From Chiloscyllium plagiosum (taxonomy: Eukaryota): a stretch of DNA of 64,000 bases. The notes under the pieces were generated by a model that saw only the letters and a list, made by a program, of their open reading frames with translations, was not told the DNA's origin and did not search any database. Every line of letters starts with the position of its first letter. Position 1 is the stretch's first letter. A program made the position numbers and the translations under genes. This document shows, one piece after another, positions 24,554-38,250 of this stretch. The DNA is taken from contig NC_057752.1 in the NCBI RefSeq assembly GCF_004010195.1, positions 4,468,590 through 4,532,589 of the forward strand, given 5' to 3'.

Positions 24554-24979
24554 CAAAGATCTGGATATTCATTACTCCATGAACTTGCTGGTTGATTTGC
24601 ACATTAACAGCATTACCCATCCCTTTGACTGTCCAACTGTGATTCTGTCTGTCTGTCTGTCTCTCTCTGGCCTCCAGATCTCCACCTATTGTTTACTCCT
24701 CCCCCATCTTCCCAATCTTTTCCCAGCTACAGTTAGTTCTGAAGAAATGTTACTAGACCTGAAATATTAACTCTGCTTTCTCTCCACAGATGCTGCCAGA
24801 CCTGCTGAGCTTTTCCAGCAATTTGTTTATTACAAGTAACCATTTGGTACAAACAATACATTTCCTGAGGCACTTAAGTGTGTGGGCAAATATTAAGTGA
24901 TCAGTTTAGAACAAAGGAACATATTTTCAGTAGACTGTCATGATTCAAATGATTTGAGGTAAGGTAGAGTGTAAGATCT

Positions 24980-27900
24980 TTTTAAAAATATTTTTATTGA
25001 AAAAGTTTTCTTTACAAAATTAGAAAGTTACAGAAACAGAGTGCATTAAAAACAACAATAAACCAACTACAATACGTCTCTACAAAATAAATCAAAACTA
25101 CACATATTACAAATCAAGAAATAAATAATGCTGCTCAGCGCCACAAGACCATAGCTCCACATCTTCGAGAGCATCAATTATTAAACCCACATTTGTTCGA
25201 AATTCTTCCTCTCATGGCCTTAGGATTATCAGACCAAACCACCATGGCGAGACAAAAACCCTAATCAAAATGGCGGACAGATCTGCTTCCAAGTAATTTT
25301 AAAAGGGCTGCCATGTCCTGTAAAAGCTGTCTATTTTCTGGTGCACCATATTTGTAAGAAAGTCCAAAGGAACGTGTTCCACCATTAACTTATGCCATCC
25401 CGACAGACCCAGGGGGTTCTCAGACACCCAGCACATCAGAATGTTCTTCCTTGCACAAAAAGTGAGAATGATAAAAAGCTCTTTCCCATGTGTATTTACG
25501 TGAGGTAAATTCAGCAGACCCAGGAGCAAAGAGACTGTGTCCACCTTGACTTTGGTCCTCAAGACCCTCTCTATTACTCCTGCCAAAGCACTCCAATATT
25601 CACGGAGCCTGTGGCAGGACCACAGACAATGAGTCAGGATACCCGTATTTATTTTACATTTGGGGCACATTGAAGTCGCACCTTGCTTAAACTTTGCAAG
25701 ACGATCTGGAGCCAGATGCGTCCTATGAAGAATCTTTAACTGCATAGCAGGGGTTCTATTACATATCAAAATCCTCTTCGCATTTTCACAAATGTCCTCC
25801 CAAGTTTCCGGAGCGATCTCCACCCCTACCCCTCTCTCCCAGACCTCCCGTAATTGCTCAATGTCACCCGAGGAACCTACCCCCAACAAATGATAGACAG
25901 TACTCACTGAAAGAGTGCTCTTAGCCTGAAGCACCCTCTTTTCTGTATCAGATCTATAACACTCAGTCAGAAGCATGGTCTCCTTTCGGATAAAATCTCT
26001 AATCTGAAAGAAATGGAAGAGGTCCCCACTCGACAATCCATATTTCCGAGTTATTTGATCAAGCTACATCAATGTTTCACCCTCAAACAGATCACCCAAA
26101 CAAGAGACTCCCCTCTCCGCCCAAAGTTTAAACGCAGGATCCATTGTCCGTGGCTGGAAACCTGGCATGCCAACTATGGGAATAAGAAAATATGTTTTAG
26201 ACATGTTACCCTCCATCTGTCTCATTGCCCTCCATGCCGTGACTGTGTTAGTAACTATTGGATTACGGCAATGTTCCACAACTGTCCTCATTTTATCTAA
26301 AAACAACAGGTTGATCATTTGGGAGGCCTCAATGTCCAACCATGTCCACACCGAGTCCCCACAGGCCCAGTCACTTACAAAATATAAGAAGGAGCTCAGT
26401 TGATATCGTCTAATGTCCAGGACGTCCGCTCCCCCCGGTCCCTGGGGCAGTTGCAGTTTTGCAAGCTTAATAAGGGGCTCCTTATAGACCCCCCATAGGC
26501 ATAGCCTCTGACTTTGAAAAATTGATCTTGTAACTTGAGAAAGAACCAAATGAATTAATGCACCGTATCAAGCAGGGCACCGAGACTGCCAGATTTGAAA
26601 GAAAAATAAGAGCATCATCTGCATATAGTGTCATCATATGTACCTTCAACCCCACCTTTGGGGCAGCTATATTAGGGTCCCCACGAATGGCCTCCGCCAA
26701 TGGCTCAATCACCAATGTGAAAAGCAAAGGTGAAAGGGGGCGGCCTTGCCGACTGCCCCTACCAGTGTGAAAATTATCAGACCTTATACCATTGGTGAGA
26801 ACCGCTGCCAGAGAATCCTTACCAATCTAGTGAACACTTCACCCAGGCCAAACCGCTCCAGGGTATAAAAAGGATATGGCCATTCCACCCAATCAAATGC
26901 TTTCTCCCCATCCAAGGAGACCACCAACCCTTGAACTGATCGCTGCTAGCACACTTGAATCATGTTAAGCAACCTCCTAACATTATTAGAGGATCTGTGA
27001 CTCTTTATAAAGCCTGTCTGATCTTCTTTAACAATAAAGGGCATTACCCCTTCCATTCTCAATGCCAAAGTCTTAGACAAAATTTCAAAATCAGTATTTA
27101 AAAGCGAGATGGGTCTGTAAGAAGCACAGTCCTTCGGGGCCTTCCCCTTTCTTGAGGATAAGAGAGATATTAGCCTCTATCAAAAATGGCGGGAGGCAAT
27201 CCCAACTATATGAATAGTTATATATGTCTAGCATTGGCCCTGACCGTATGTTTACAAATTTTTTATAAAACTCACTGGGAAGACCATCAAAGCCGGGTGC
27301 CTTTCCACTTTGAAGTTGCCTCACTGCTTCCTGTATCTCTTGTGCTGTTAATGGAGCACTAAGGAGAGACGCCTGCTCAGCAAACACCCCAGGAAGATCC
27401 AAGTTGCTTAAAAAAAAGACTCCATTTTATCCCGTCCATCCTCACAACATTCAGATTGATACAGTTCAGAATCGAACCTCCAAAACACCGCATTAATCTT
27501 TTTAGCATTACAGGTAAGAGTCCCATTCCCTTCTCTAATAGAAGCAATAGACTGGGAGGTATTCTTCTTCCTAAGCAGATATGCCAAATATTTACCCACC
27601 CTATCACCATGCTTAAACAGCCTCTGCTTTGTAAAGGAAAGTTCCTTCCTGGCTGTATGCGTAAGCATGAAGTTTAAGGTGAATCGAAGGGCTATGATCC
27701 ACTGCAGCTCAGTCAGTGATGATCTACTGTAATATGCTGTCTCAACTGCCTTCAATCATGCCTCAAGCAGACGCTGCTGCACTCCCTTCCGTTGCTTCTG
27801 GCTGGCAGAGTATGAGGTAATTATCCCTCTAGCATAGGCCTTAGCAGTCTCCCAAACAATGGACGGATTACCAGCTGTACCTGAGTTGGTGGCTAAAAAT

Positions 27901-30509
27901 GCTTCAAATTCCCTAGAAAAGTACTCAACGATCTCACTGTCCTTGAGGATGAAGGGATCCATTCGCCAGTACTGTGAGCTCATTGCATTACCCTTAGTCT
28001 TAACCACTTAAATATACAACTGCATAATCAGAGATGGCAATGTTCCCAATTGAACAAGATACCACTGAATCTAGAAGAGCCTGGGAGTTAGGAAAACATC
28101 GATCCTCGTATAGCACTAATGAGGATTGGAAAAGAACGTAAAGTCCCTGCCCGTAGGGTGGAGATGTCTCCAAATGTCTACCAACCCCAGTTCCACACAT
28201 AGATCACCAACTGTTTAGGTTGTGGAGAAAGCTTTGGGGGGCCTTTGGGCATTCTATCCAGCAGAGGATCTATAAGGCAATTAGATCCCCCCCCCTGCCA
28301 AATAATAATATGCCATGACGCAAAGGCCATCAGCTTAGTGCATCAGTCAAAAATTTAAGGAGTTGGGCCGAAGGACAATAGTCATTCAAAGTACCATATT
28401 TCCCGCCATGTATTAGGGCCTTCAGGATAACAAACTAACCATATTCATCTTTAACACGTCTATTAAATTAAATGGAAGATTCTTCTGGACGAGTATGGCC
28501 AATCCCCTGCTCTTAGTATTAAAGGACGAGAGAAACACCTGACCAAATCCGCCCTGCTGTAACTTCAAGCATTCCTTGTCATTAAGGTGAGTCTCCTGCA
28601 ACAGGGCAACATCCACCCTCTCCTTTCTAAGGCTTGACAACACCTTTTTCCTTTTAACTGGCGACTAGATCCCTCTAAATATCCCAGGTGCACCATTTAA
28701 GAACACTGCTCGCCATAATCCTTTACAACCACCTTTGACCTGCCAAGAGGCAGAATTCAACGTACAGCACACTGGACATCTTCAAAAGAAGACTCGTGGT
28801 GTCTATTTACAAAAAAGCAAAACACCAACTACAAAACACAAAATGCACTTGATGGGGGAATTCTACCCCCTGCTCATAGAGGGCGTTTACACCTCCCACA
28901 CACATCTCCACTCCCCATCCAGTTCGAGCTGCACCGCAGACCCAAGCAAAAGAAGGAAACAGACAAAATAGTGAGCACTCCGCCCACCCCCAACTATCTA
29001 CCAACACCAATCCTAATCAGAAAAAACAAAACACACCAATAGCAGCTCCTTTAAAAAAAGGTAACATTACAAGAAACATAACAAGAGAAAAAAAACCTAA
29101 ACATTATTGTCCATGTCTGTAAATCCATCTGAATTATTTTTAAAGTGTCCAAAATCTTTCACTTGTTCCGAGGAGTGAAATGACCATGCTGTCTCCTAGT
29201 GAGTAATACGAAACACCACTAGCATCTCATCGAATATTGAATGTCAAGATCCCTTAATTTTCTCTTGACCCCATCAAATGATTTCCTTTTATGGATCACC
29301 GCCGCAGAAAAGTCCTGGAAAAGCATTATCTTAGTTCCCTGATGAGTCAGGGTCTGTGGGTCTTTCCCCACCTTTCTAGAAGATTCCAAGACCCTCTGCT
29401 TGTCCCGCTAGCTTTGAAATCGCATTAGGACCGGGCGGGGATCCAGGCTGGATTTATGCATCGCAACCTGGTGAGCTCTGTCAACTTTCATCCTGTCCGT
29501 CTTGGCACCCCAGCCAAGAAATTGTGGCAGCCAGCCTTCAAAAAAAGCTTGCTAGCTCCCCACCTTCCACTCCCTCTGACAGCCCAATGGCAGACCCGGC
29601 TGTTTTTCCTCCTACCTCAATTTTCCAGATCATCGACCTGTTCAGTCAAGGCCCGGACCTGGTTTCGAGGGCCTGGATCCGTCCCACCGAGGACTCAACC
29701 TCTGTCTCTGACACCGCAGTCCACTGCTTGACCTCTTCGACTCGCATTCCGAGTCCTTCCAAACCCTTCTCATGCTTTTGTAGCATGACTGAAATCCTGC
29801 TCCAGCCGAGTACAGTTGTCTTCCATCATCTCTTTGATCATCCCTCGAGTTCTTCAGCGACATTCTGCTGCACAGGTACCTCTTTCTCGGCTGCCAAGGG
29901 AGCTGCAGTCACAGTCTCAGGCCGGTTCGATGCCTTCGGCAAGTGTCCCATGTGTTGGGGCTTGGCTGTGAGCTTTCCTTTCGTCATCCTTGCTCGCTCA
30001 AAACAAATTTACAGAGGAACCCCAACTATCCGAACATCAACCATCCAAATCCCAGACCATCCGAACAAGATCTTAAGGCCCTGCAAAAATGGCACCAGGC
30101 AACCCAGCATTCAGTTATCAGTTAAACAGCCTTATGGCATGCATTGCCAGATAATCGAGCGATGTTTGAACAACCAGCACTCGTAGGTTACCGCTTGTTT
30201 CTTGGCTAACCGGCATTATGGCGTGCGTTGTCAGATAATCGAGAAATGCTTGAATAACTGGCACTCATAGATTACTGCTTGTTTCTGGCCACGCGATCGA
30301 TCAATCGTCCAAAACAAATACTCCCCCCCTGTCTCATTTGGACACTCTAGGCTCCACCACAAATGGATTTGTACGGTTTCACAACCATTTAATATCAATT
30401 TTCTCCAAAAGAAGGTAAGTCGGGGAGTAAAAATATCACTACTGCTGGGCTGGGGTGCAGAGCTCAGCAAGGCAGATCTGCTCAGATCGCCGCCATCTTG
30501 GATTCCCCC
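24980..30509 (-). mobile_element. Near full-length decayed L1-clade LINE (5' UTR, ORF1, APE-RT-CCHC ORF2, A-rich tail)
   Basis: 5' end GGGGGAATCCAAGATGGCGG. APE motifs VALLQETHL and WRMDP; GKAPGFDGLPSEFYK; RT motif LYADD; C-terminal CPKC...THCLWSC; AATAAA plus an A-rich end near 24990. Many stops and frameshifts. Confidence 0.93.
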
Positions 30510-30743
30510 AGAGCGTGACCTAGGATGCATGTTATGACACAGTGATAAGTTCATAAGCATGTCTCTTCAAGGTATGCCGATATACTGACTGTGAGACAGA
30601 AAACAACAGGCATCCCTGACAGTGTAGCAACCCAGCACTAAATACTGCATTGAAATATTAACTGCAAGCATTCTAATTCAGATGTGAGGATGCCGGAAAA
30701 TGGGCCAAGCTTAAAGTAGGAACCCTTTGAGATGATATTGGCA

Positions 30744-30957
30744 AGGAGAAAGTGAGGACTGCAGATGCTGGAGATCAGAGTCGAGAGTGTGGTGCTGAAA
30801 AAGCACAGCAGATCAGGTAGCATCCGAGGAGCAGGAGAGTTGACATTTCAAGCATAAGTCACATTCCTGATGAAGGGCGTATGCTCAAAACGTTGACTGT
30901 CCTGCTCCTTGGATGCTGCCTGATCTGCTATGCTTTCCCAGTGTCACACTTTTCAAC
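30744..30957. mobile_element. PLE mini-element family A, fold-back
   Basis: Perfect 14-bp TSD agatgatattggca at 30730-30743 and 30958-30971. Decayed hammerhead core at about 30867. Confidence 0.88.
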
Positions 30958-33801
30958 AGATGATATTGGCAGCCTGGTGGCTCAGTTGTTAACACTGCTG
31001 CCTCATGGGATCATGTTAGTCAACATGGCTGGTTAGACAACATTGTGTAATATTGAGGGTGGCCTCATAAGGGGAGATTCAAGAGCTCCTTTTCTCGTGG
31101 GTCCAATCACCGAACTGGAAATGATAATACCGATGTTTAACCAATGAGTCCGGTAGGATGTCTGTTTGGAACCACGCAGCTTCTACCTGCTTGATTTTGA
31201 TATCATTCGTTTTTGAATCATCTCCAGAGTGGTTAGCAGGAGTGGGCAAATAAGCAGATCTTTCCTCATCATAGGCGATGCAAGCTTCAAAATACTGTAC
31301 CAAAAGGGTCTTACACCAGAATAGGGCCAGGGAGTGCACTGAAATCTGAACTGCCCAGTACAAAATCAGCCAAATAGTCACCTATCCAAGATATATACAC
31401 TCTTTGAATTCAGACTGTGCCTTCAGCTGCCTGGAACCTACACTCAGGATTCCCTCTCTAAGCCTCTCCACATCTCTATCTCACTCTTCTCCTTTTAGAC
31501 ACTCCTTAAAACCTACCTCTTTGATCAAGCTTTGGCCACTCATCCTAATGTTGTGTGTGGTTCTGTGTCAAACTTCCTTTGTTAATCGCGCTCCTTAAGT
31601 ACCCTGGGATGTTTTGTGTGTCAGTTGTGTTATGCAAATGTTGTTGTTGTCATTTGGACTCAGTTAAACCACAAAGATGGAATGCCCCTCTGGGGTTACA
31701 GTCCAGAAAGGAATTAGGAGATTTGGAAGAAATTAGGCAAAAAAAAATGTAACCGCAGAATCACCATCACCCTGCAGTATCAATTTAGTGTAAAGACCAC
31801 AGCTTTTTATTTTTCTTTATTTTTGGATTGTGGACCCAAATGGGAAAAGGATACTGCTTGAAACCAAGAAAACCATGGCAAAATATACTGAAGTTTTAAA
31901 ACAAGTTACTAGAACTCACTGTGAGTTATACTTTGCAAAGGTTCCTTGGCAACACCTTCTTAACCCACAATCACTGCCATTGAGAAGAACAAAAGGTATG
32001 TTGGAACGCGACAACCTGCAGGTTCCCCTTCAAGCCACTCACCATCCTGACTTGAAAAACATATTGCTGTTCCTTTGGGGTCGGTGGGTCAAAATCCTGG
32101 AACTCCCTCCCTTAACAGCACTGTGGGTCTACCAAAATCAAATGGACTACAGTGGTTCATTGAGGCAACGCCCTCTCTAAGTCATCTAGGGATGGACAAT
32201 AAATGCTGACCCAGATTCCACGAATGAACAATTTGTTTAAAAGTACATTGTTGTCTTTTTAAAGTGGTGGAAGATTCCTGGACCCATTGTCACTATGGGT
32301 GTGTGTTCAGGGTAGCTTTGCTCAGGGACAGTCTGTTGATTGTTTTTTCAATTAGGACCAGTTGTGTGTGTCATGAGTGCTCAGTATGACAACTCTCTAG
32401 CTCCTGGACAGGTAGACAACCTGTGTGTCAACAATATAGCAGCAGAAAGCCTTCACACTTTAAAACGACAGCATCCTTTCTCTCCTTGCAGAAAAGTAAC
32501 AAAGAATTGTAAGTTAGTTAGCTATTCTGATTCATTATTTTCCAAAAAGCTGCTGCCTCTAACCAGTAACTGATCAATTAATGTGCCAACCACTCTCTGT
32601 CTTCACTAAAGAACGAAGGGGACTTGGTATGAAGAAGGTCAGTGATCAGAAGGACAAGGAAGAAGCAAAAAGACACCTTATTGCATTCTGGTGCTATGAA
32701 CTGTGTTCCCCTAATAATAGTTTTCTCCACCCATAACATCTATGGTTTTTGCTTGTCTACATCTGCTTGCATGTGTGTTTCCAGTGTGCTAACTCAGTCT
32801 TTGGCTGCCTGACTTTAATGTCAGTCCAGCTGCAGCCTCGATTGTCTCAAGGTGATTGCAGATGTCACTGGAACTTATATTCTATATGGAATTCCATGCA
32901 CTGAAGAGGCCTGACTAAATACATTAACCTGGCTGTTGAGAGCCTATGCTCTTCAATTTGTAACAATAATATTTGGCATTCCCCCCAGGAAAAAACAAGG
33001 ATGGAATAGGTTTCTATTGTGGTTCACCAGTGAGGCAGAGAAAAGTTAACTTCACTGTTATAAGGCAGCATTTTGCCTGTGGACCCCACAAGTAAGTTCA
33101 GTACTTCAGATTGATCCAGGAAGCAGATCTGTTGGAAACAGAGATCTGCCTTGTCTGAGATCCTGACAACCAATATTTAGTAGAGAATTTCATATAATTG
33201 GAAGTTTGGAAAGTTCTGTAAAGCCCCATACCCTTGTTTTAAGGACATAGTTAAACATGGGGACAGGCAAGAATTTACCCCATGTCTCCTCTTTTCTATT
33301 GTGTTAGATGTACTGTGAACATTTACCCAACACTTCCCTCCCTTCCATGTGTTACTCTCCTGCTAAACTCTCTGCTTTAATGTCTCTTGTGCATCTCCTC
33401 ACCCTTTGCTTCACTATTTGTAGCTGTGTCTTCAGCCATTTAGGCCTTTCACTCTGTAATTCTCTTCCTAAATGTCTCCCTTCACTTCCCTTTCCTATTT
33501 GAAGATACAAAATCCAATGCTGGAATCTTATGTCACATTAGGCAAGAATTGAACAAGACGTCTGGTGAGGCCTATCTCAACATAGGAAGTATCTTGCTGC
33601 AGCTTCTATGCTTTTATTGAGTGGCATAGCAGGTTCCTTGCTAAGCAGTGGCAAATTGCCAAGTAAGGTTAATGCTTGTTAGCTCTGCAACTCGCCAAAT
33701 TAATATGTAACCTCCTATCTTACCAAGCACCTCAAACCAGCTAGATATCCAAACATCTTGACATGGAAGTCAGAGTGGGTACTTGGCGACTTCAGCTTGC
33801 T

Positions 33802-34023
33802 AGGAGAAAGTGAGGACTACAGATGCTGGAGATCAGAGTTGAAAAATGTGGAGCTGGAAAAGCACAGCAGGTCAGGCAGCATCTGAAGAGCAGGAGAGTC
33901 AACATTTCGGCAATCAGGAATGTGCAGTCACTTTCCTGATGAAGGGCTTATGCCTGAAATGTCGACTCTCCTGCTCCTTGATGCTGCCTGACCTGCTGTG
34001 CTTTTCCAGCTCCACATTTTTCA
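33802..34023. mobile_element. PLE mini-element family A, fold-back
   Basis: TSD acttcagct[t/c]gct at 33789-33801 and 34024-34036. Core CTGATGAAGGGCTTATGCCTGAAATGTC at about 33936. Confidence 0.86.
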
Positions 34024-34629
34024 ACTTCAGCTCGCTGCTGGCTATGAGGTGCTTCCATGTTGCTCAGCACCAAACAGCATCTCAGGGCACAAGCCACATG
34101 CCCTAGCAGTGCACTCCTTTCTTCAACGAATAGTGGCATCTGACAATTGCCAGTCGTCACAACTATCATGGCACTTTGCTGATACACCGCAGGGCTGCTT
34201 CAGATGGCACTCGCATTCAAAAGCTGCAGTAGAGACAAACACACTGAATGCTTATTCAACCAAATGGCCATGTCAAAAACTGGTAGGGGCTAGTCCTCAG
34301 TCCGGTCAAGTGGCAGAGGTGGGGGAGATGGAGCACTCTCAGGCGGGGGGACCCAGTTCTGTCAGTTATGGGCACTCAGTCCAGGGGCTTGGCAATGGTC
34401 AGTTGTTAATTTAGACCACTCACAGTCAGGGGATATACCTGACTGCAATCCAGGGAGTGGGCAGCGGTCAGGGTAATTGTGTATCGGCAGTCAGGAAGGG
34501 ACAAACACAGGCCAGGGTCTGGTCAGCCACATCCAGAAGCTGCTTGTCGAAGATGATCAGAGGTCTGGAGTGAATACAGTCCTGGAAGTAGGTCTGTTGA
34601 TAGTTCAGGGACATGCAAATCACAACACT

Positions 34630-34947
34630 GGAATCATCAACAGGAAAGGGTTCTATTCCATTGATATTCAGGTGATCTGTGATCACTGTTAACGCTTCCT
34701 GGAGGTGTGTGCCCGCTACCCTGGCAGCTGCCACAATTCCCACATCCTGCAGCACTCCTGTGTACCTAATGCATTCGGAGAACCAGGTGCCTTCCAAGGT
34801 TGGTTATTGGGGGACACTACAACCATGGCTCATGACACCATTGAGCATCCCCCTGACTGATGCGGATCACAGATGTAATGTCACCTGCACTTTGAGTCGG
34901 CTAGGGTGGAGCAGACAATAAGGTTGCTGAAAATGGGATTCCACTGA
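34630..34947 (+). pseudogene. PIF/Harbinger transposase fossil, 5' part of the catalytic domain
   Basis: INRKGFYSIDIQVICDHC*RFLEVCARYPGSCHNSHIL...GWLLGD / LQPWLMTPL / VEQTIRLLKMGFH matches HARBI1-like motifs NRKG, PGSxHD, LLGD, WLMTP and ExxFGxLK. Confidence 0.85.
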
Positions 34948-34954
34948 TCACCAG

Positions 34955-36620
34955 TCATAGAATATAGAACATTCCAGCACAGTACAGGCCCTTCGGCCCT
35001 CAATGTTGCACCGACCTGTGAAACCAATCTGAAGCCCATCTAACCTATACTATTCCATTTTCATCCATATGTTGTCCAATGACCATTTAAATGCCCTTAA
35101 TGTGGGTTAATCTATTACTGTTGCAGGCAGGGCATTCCACGCCCTTACTACTCTGAGTAAAGAATCTGCCTCTGACATCTGTCCTATGTCTACCACCCCT
35201 CAATTTTAAAGCTATGTCCCCTTGTGCTAGCCATCGCCATCCGAGGAAAAAAGGCTCTCACTGTCCACTCTCTCTAATTCTCGGATCATCTTGTATGTCT
35301 CTATTAAGTCACCTCTTAACCTTCTTCTCTCTAACGATAACAGCCTCAAATCCTTCAGCCTTTCCTCATAAGACTTCCCTCCATACCAGGCAACATCCTG
35401 ATAAATCTCCTCTGCACCCTTTCCAAAGCTTCCACATCTTCCTACAATGCAGCAACCAGAACTGTACGCAATACTCCAAGTGCAGCCACACCAGAGCTTT
35501 GTACAGCTGCAACATGACCTCATGGCTCTGAAACTCAATCTCTTTACCAATAAAAGCTAACACATCGTATGCCTTCTTAACAACCCCATCAACCTGGTTG
35601 GCAACTTTCAGGGAGCTATGTAAATGGACACTGAGATCTCTCTGCTCATCCACACTACCAAGAATCTTACCAATAGCCCAGTACCCTGTATTCCTGTTAC
35701 TCCTTCCAAAGTGAATCACCTCACACTTTTCCACATTAAACTCCATTTGCCACCGCTCAGCCCAGCTCTGCAGCTTATCTATGTCCCTCTGTAACCTGCA
35801 ACGTCCTTCAGCACCATCCACAACTCCACTGACTTTAGTGTCATCTGCAAATTTACCAACCCATCCTTCTATGCCCTTATCTGGGTCATTTATAAAAATG
35901 ACAAACAGCAGTGGCCCCAAAACAGATCCTTGCGGTACACCACTAGTAACTGAACTCCAGGATGAACATTTCCCGTCAACCACCACCCAATTTCTGATCC
36001 AAACCGCTAAATCACCCTCAATCACCTGCGTCTGTATTTTCTGCGATGGCCCACTGTGGGGAACCTTATCAAATGCTTTACTGAAATCCATATACACCAC
36101 ATCAACCGCTTTAACCTTCTCAAAGAACTCAATAAGGTTTGTGAGGCACAACCTACCCTTCACAAAATTGTGTTGACTATCCCTAATCAACTTATTCCTT
36201 TCCAGATTATCATAAATCCTATCTCTTAGAATCCTTTCCAACACTTTACCCACAATCGAAGTAAGGCTCACAGGTCTATAATTACCAGGAATGTCTCTAC
36301 TCTCCTTTTTGGACAAGGGGACAATATTAGCTAACCTCCAGTCTTCTGGCACTATTCCTGTAGATAGTGATGACATAAAGATCAAAGCCAAAGGCTCTGC
36401 AAGCTCCTCCCTGGCTTCCCAGAGAATCTAAGAATAAATCCCATCTGGCCCAGGGGACTTAGCTATTTTTGCACTTTCCAAAATTGCTAACACCTCCTCC
36501 TTCTGAACCTTAATCCAGTCTAGTCTAATAGCCTGTATCTCAGTATTCTCCTTGACAACATTGTCTTTTTTCAGTGTGAATACTGATGAAAAATATTCAT
36601 TTAGCACCTCTCCTATCTGT
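34955..36620 (-). mobile_element. CR1 LINE, RT plus 3' end, 5' truncated
   Basis: 341-aa ORF with PEDWRLANIVP, NYRPVSLTS, VYMDFSKAFDKV, GVPQGSVLGP and FADD. Confidence 0.95.
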
Positions 36621-36965
36621 TCAAAGTTTGTACGAAGATTTGTAGCTCGGGTGCTCGTTGTTGTGGTTCTGTTCGCCGAGCTGGAAGTTTTTGTTGCAAA
36701 CGTTTCGTCCCCTGGCTAGGCGACATCATCAGTGCTTGGGAGCCTCCTGCGAAGCGCTTCTTTGATGTTTCCTCCGGTGTTTATAGTGGTCTGTCCCTGC
36801 CGCTTCCGGTTGTCAGTTTCAGCTGTCCGCTGTAGTGGTTGGTATATTGGGTCCAGGTCGATGTGTTTGTTGATGGAGTTTGTGGATGAATGCCATGCCT
36901 CTAGGAATTCCCTAGCTGTTCTCTGTCTGGCTTGCCCTACGATAGTAGTGTTGTCCCAGTCGAAT
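36621..36965 (-). mobile_element. Penelope-like element 3' end (GIY-YIG C-terminus plus pseudo-LTR with hammerhead)
   Basis: Minus strand FDWDNTTIVGQARQRTAREFLEAWHS...INKHIDLDPIY, then GCA-CTGATGA-TGTCGCCTAGCCAGGGGAC-GAAA-CGTT-TGC at 36735-36696. Confidence 0.85.
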
Positions 36966-37024
36966 TAAATGCCTAAAACTAGGGGGCATGCATTCAAGGT
37001 GAGAGGGGGAAAGCTCAAAGGAGA

Positions 37025-37359
37025 TAGAATCATAAAATCCTTAACAGTGTGCAAACAGGCCATTTGGCCCAACAAGTCCAATCTGACCCTCCAAAGAGTA
37101 ACCCACCCAGACCCTATTATTCTACATTTACCTCAGACTAATGCACCTAACTTACACATCCCTGAACACAATGGGCAATTTAGTACGGCTAATTGCCCTA
37201 ACCTGCACATCTTTGGATTGTAGGAGGAAACCAGAGCACCCAGAGGAAAGTCACGCAGACACGGGGAGAATGTGCAAACTCCAGTCAGACAGTCACCCGA
37301 GGCTGGAATCAAACCCAGATCCTTGGTGCTGTGAGGCAGCAGTGCTAACCACTGAGCCA
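37025..37359 (-). mobile_element. HE1-type V-SINE inserted into a CR1 3' fragment (36968-37610, +)
   Basis: SINE head, V-domain and tail are present. CR1 sequence stops at about 37022 and resumes at about 37360. Confidence 0.85.
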
Positions 37360-38250
37360 GAGAGTGGTAGGAGTCTGGAATGCACTGTTAGAGGTGGTGG
37401 TGGAGGCAGATAGGGCATTTAAGAAACTTTTACATCGGCACATGAATATGCAAGGAATGGAGGGATATGGACCAAGGGCAGGCAGAGGGAATTAGTTTAA
37501 TTTGGCATTGTGTTCGGTGCAACATCATTGGCTGTACTGTTCTAGGTTCTATATTATATGGACGAGTTAGACCGAAGGGTCTGTTTCTATGCTGTATAAC
37601 TCTATGACTCTAATATCCTTGAGCTCAGATTCAGCTTTCAGCCTTGAACTTATTAGTTTTTCTTTTATGTTTCTCCTCCATGCTCTCCCTGCATTGATAT
37701 TAACTCTTCCTCCTTGCAGTCTCCGACACATCCCCCTCCTCCACCCACTCCTCCTCCACCCCCCCTCCTTTCATCATCATCATCATCATCAATAACCCTT
37801 GCCCATCAGTACATATCTATCCCTTTCCATTGTTAAAGTAAAGGTAACTGAATTGTGGTCACTATCACTAAAGTGCTCACCTACCTCCAAATCTAACACC
37901 TGGCCTGGTTCATTACCCAATACCAATCCAATGTGGCTTTGTCTCTTGTTGGCCTATCTACATACTATGTCAGGAAATCCTTCTGCACACATTGGACAAA
38001 AACTGACCCATCTAAAGTACTCCCTTTCACTTACTATTCATCTGACACATTTGATCACCAGCAAAGACTTATTATTCAGCCTATGGACACTCCACTCACA
38101 CCATTTCTATGATTGTTTGGTTTCTCTGCCTATAAATTCTGTGTCTGTGTGCTTTCCTTCACTTCACCTGATGAAGGGGCAGCGCTTTGGAAGCTTGTGA
38201 TTTCAAATGAACCTGTTGGACTATAACCTGGTGTCGTGTGCCTTCTGACC

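Noticed and set aside
29524..30186. 220-aa plus-strand ORF
   Set aside because: Antisense to the L1 ORF1 and 5' UTR, with no independent coding signal.
37589..37795. ORF ending in a poly-His run
   Set aside because: Produced by a (CAT)n microsatellite in low-complexity sequence.
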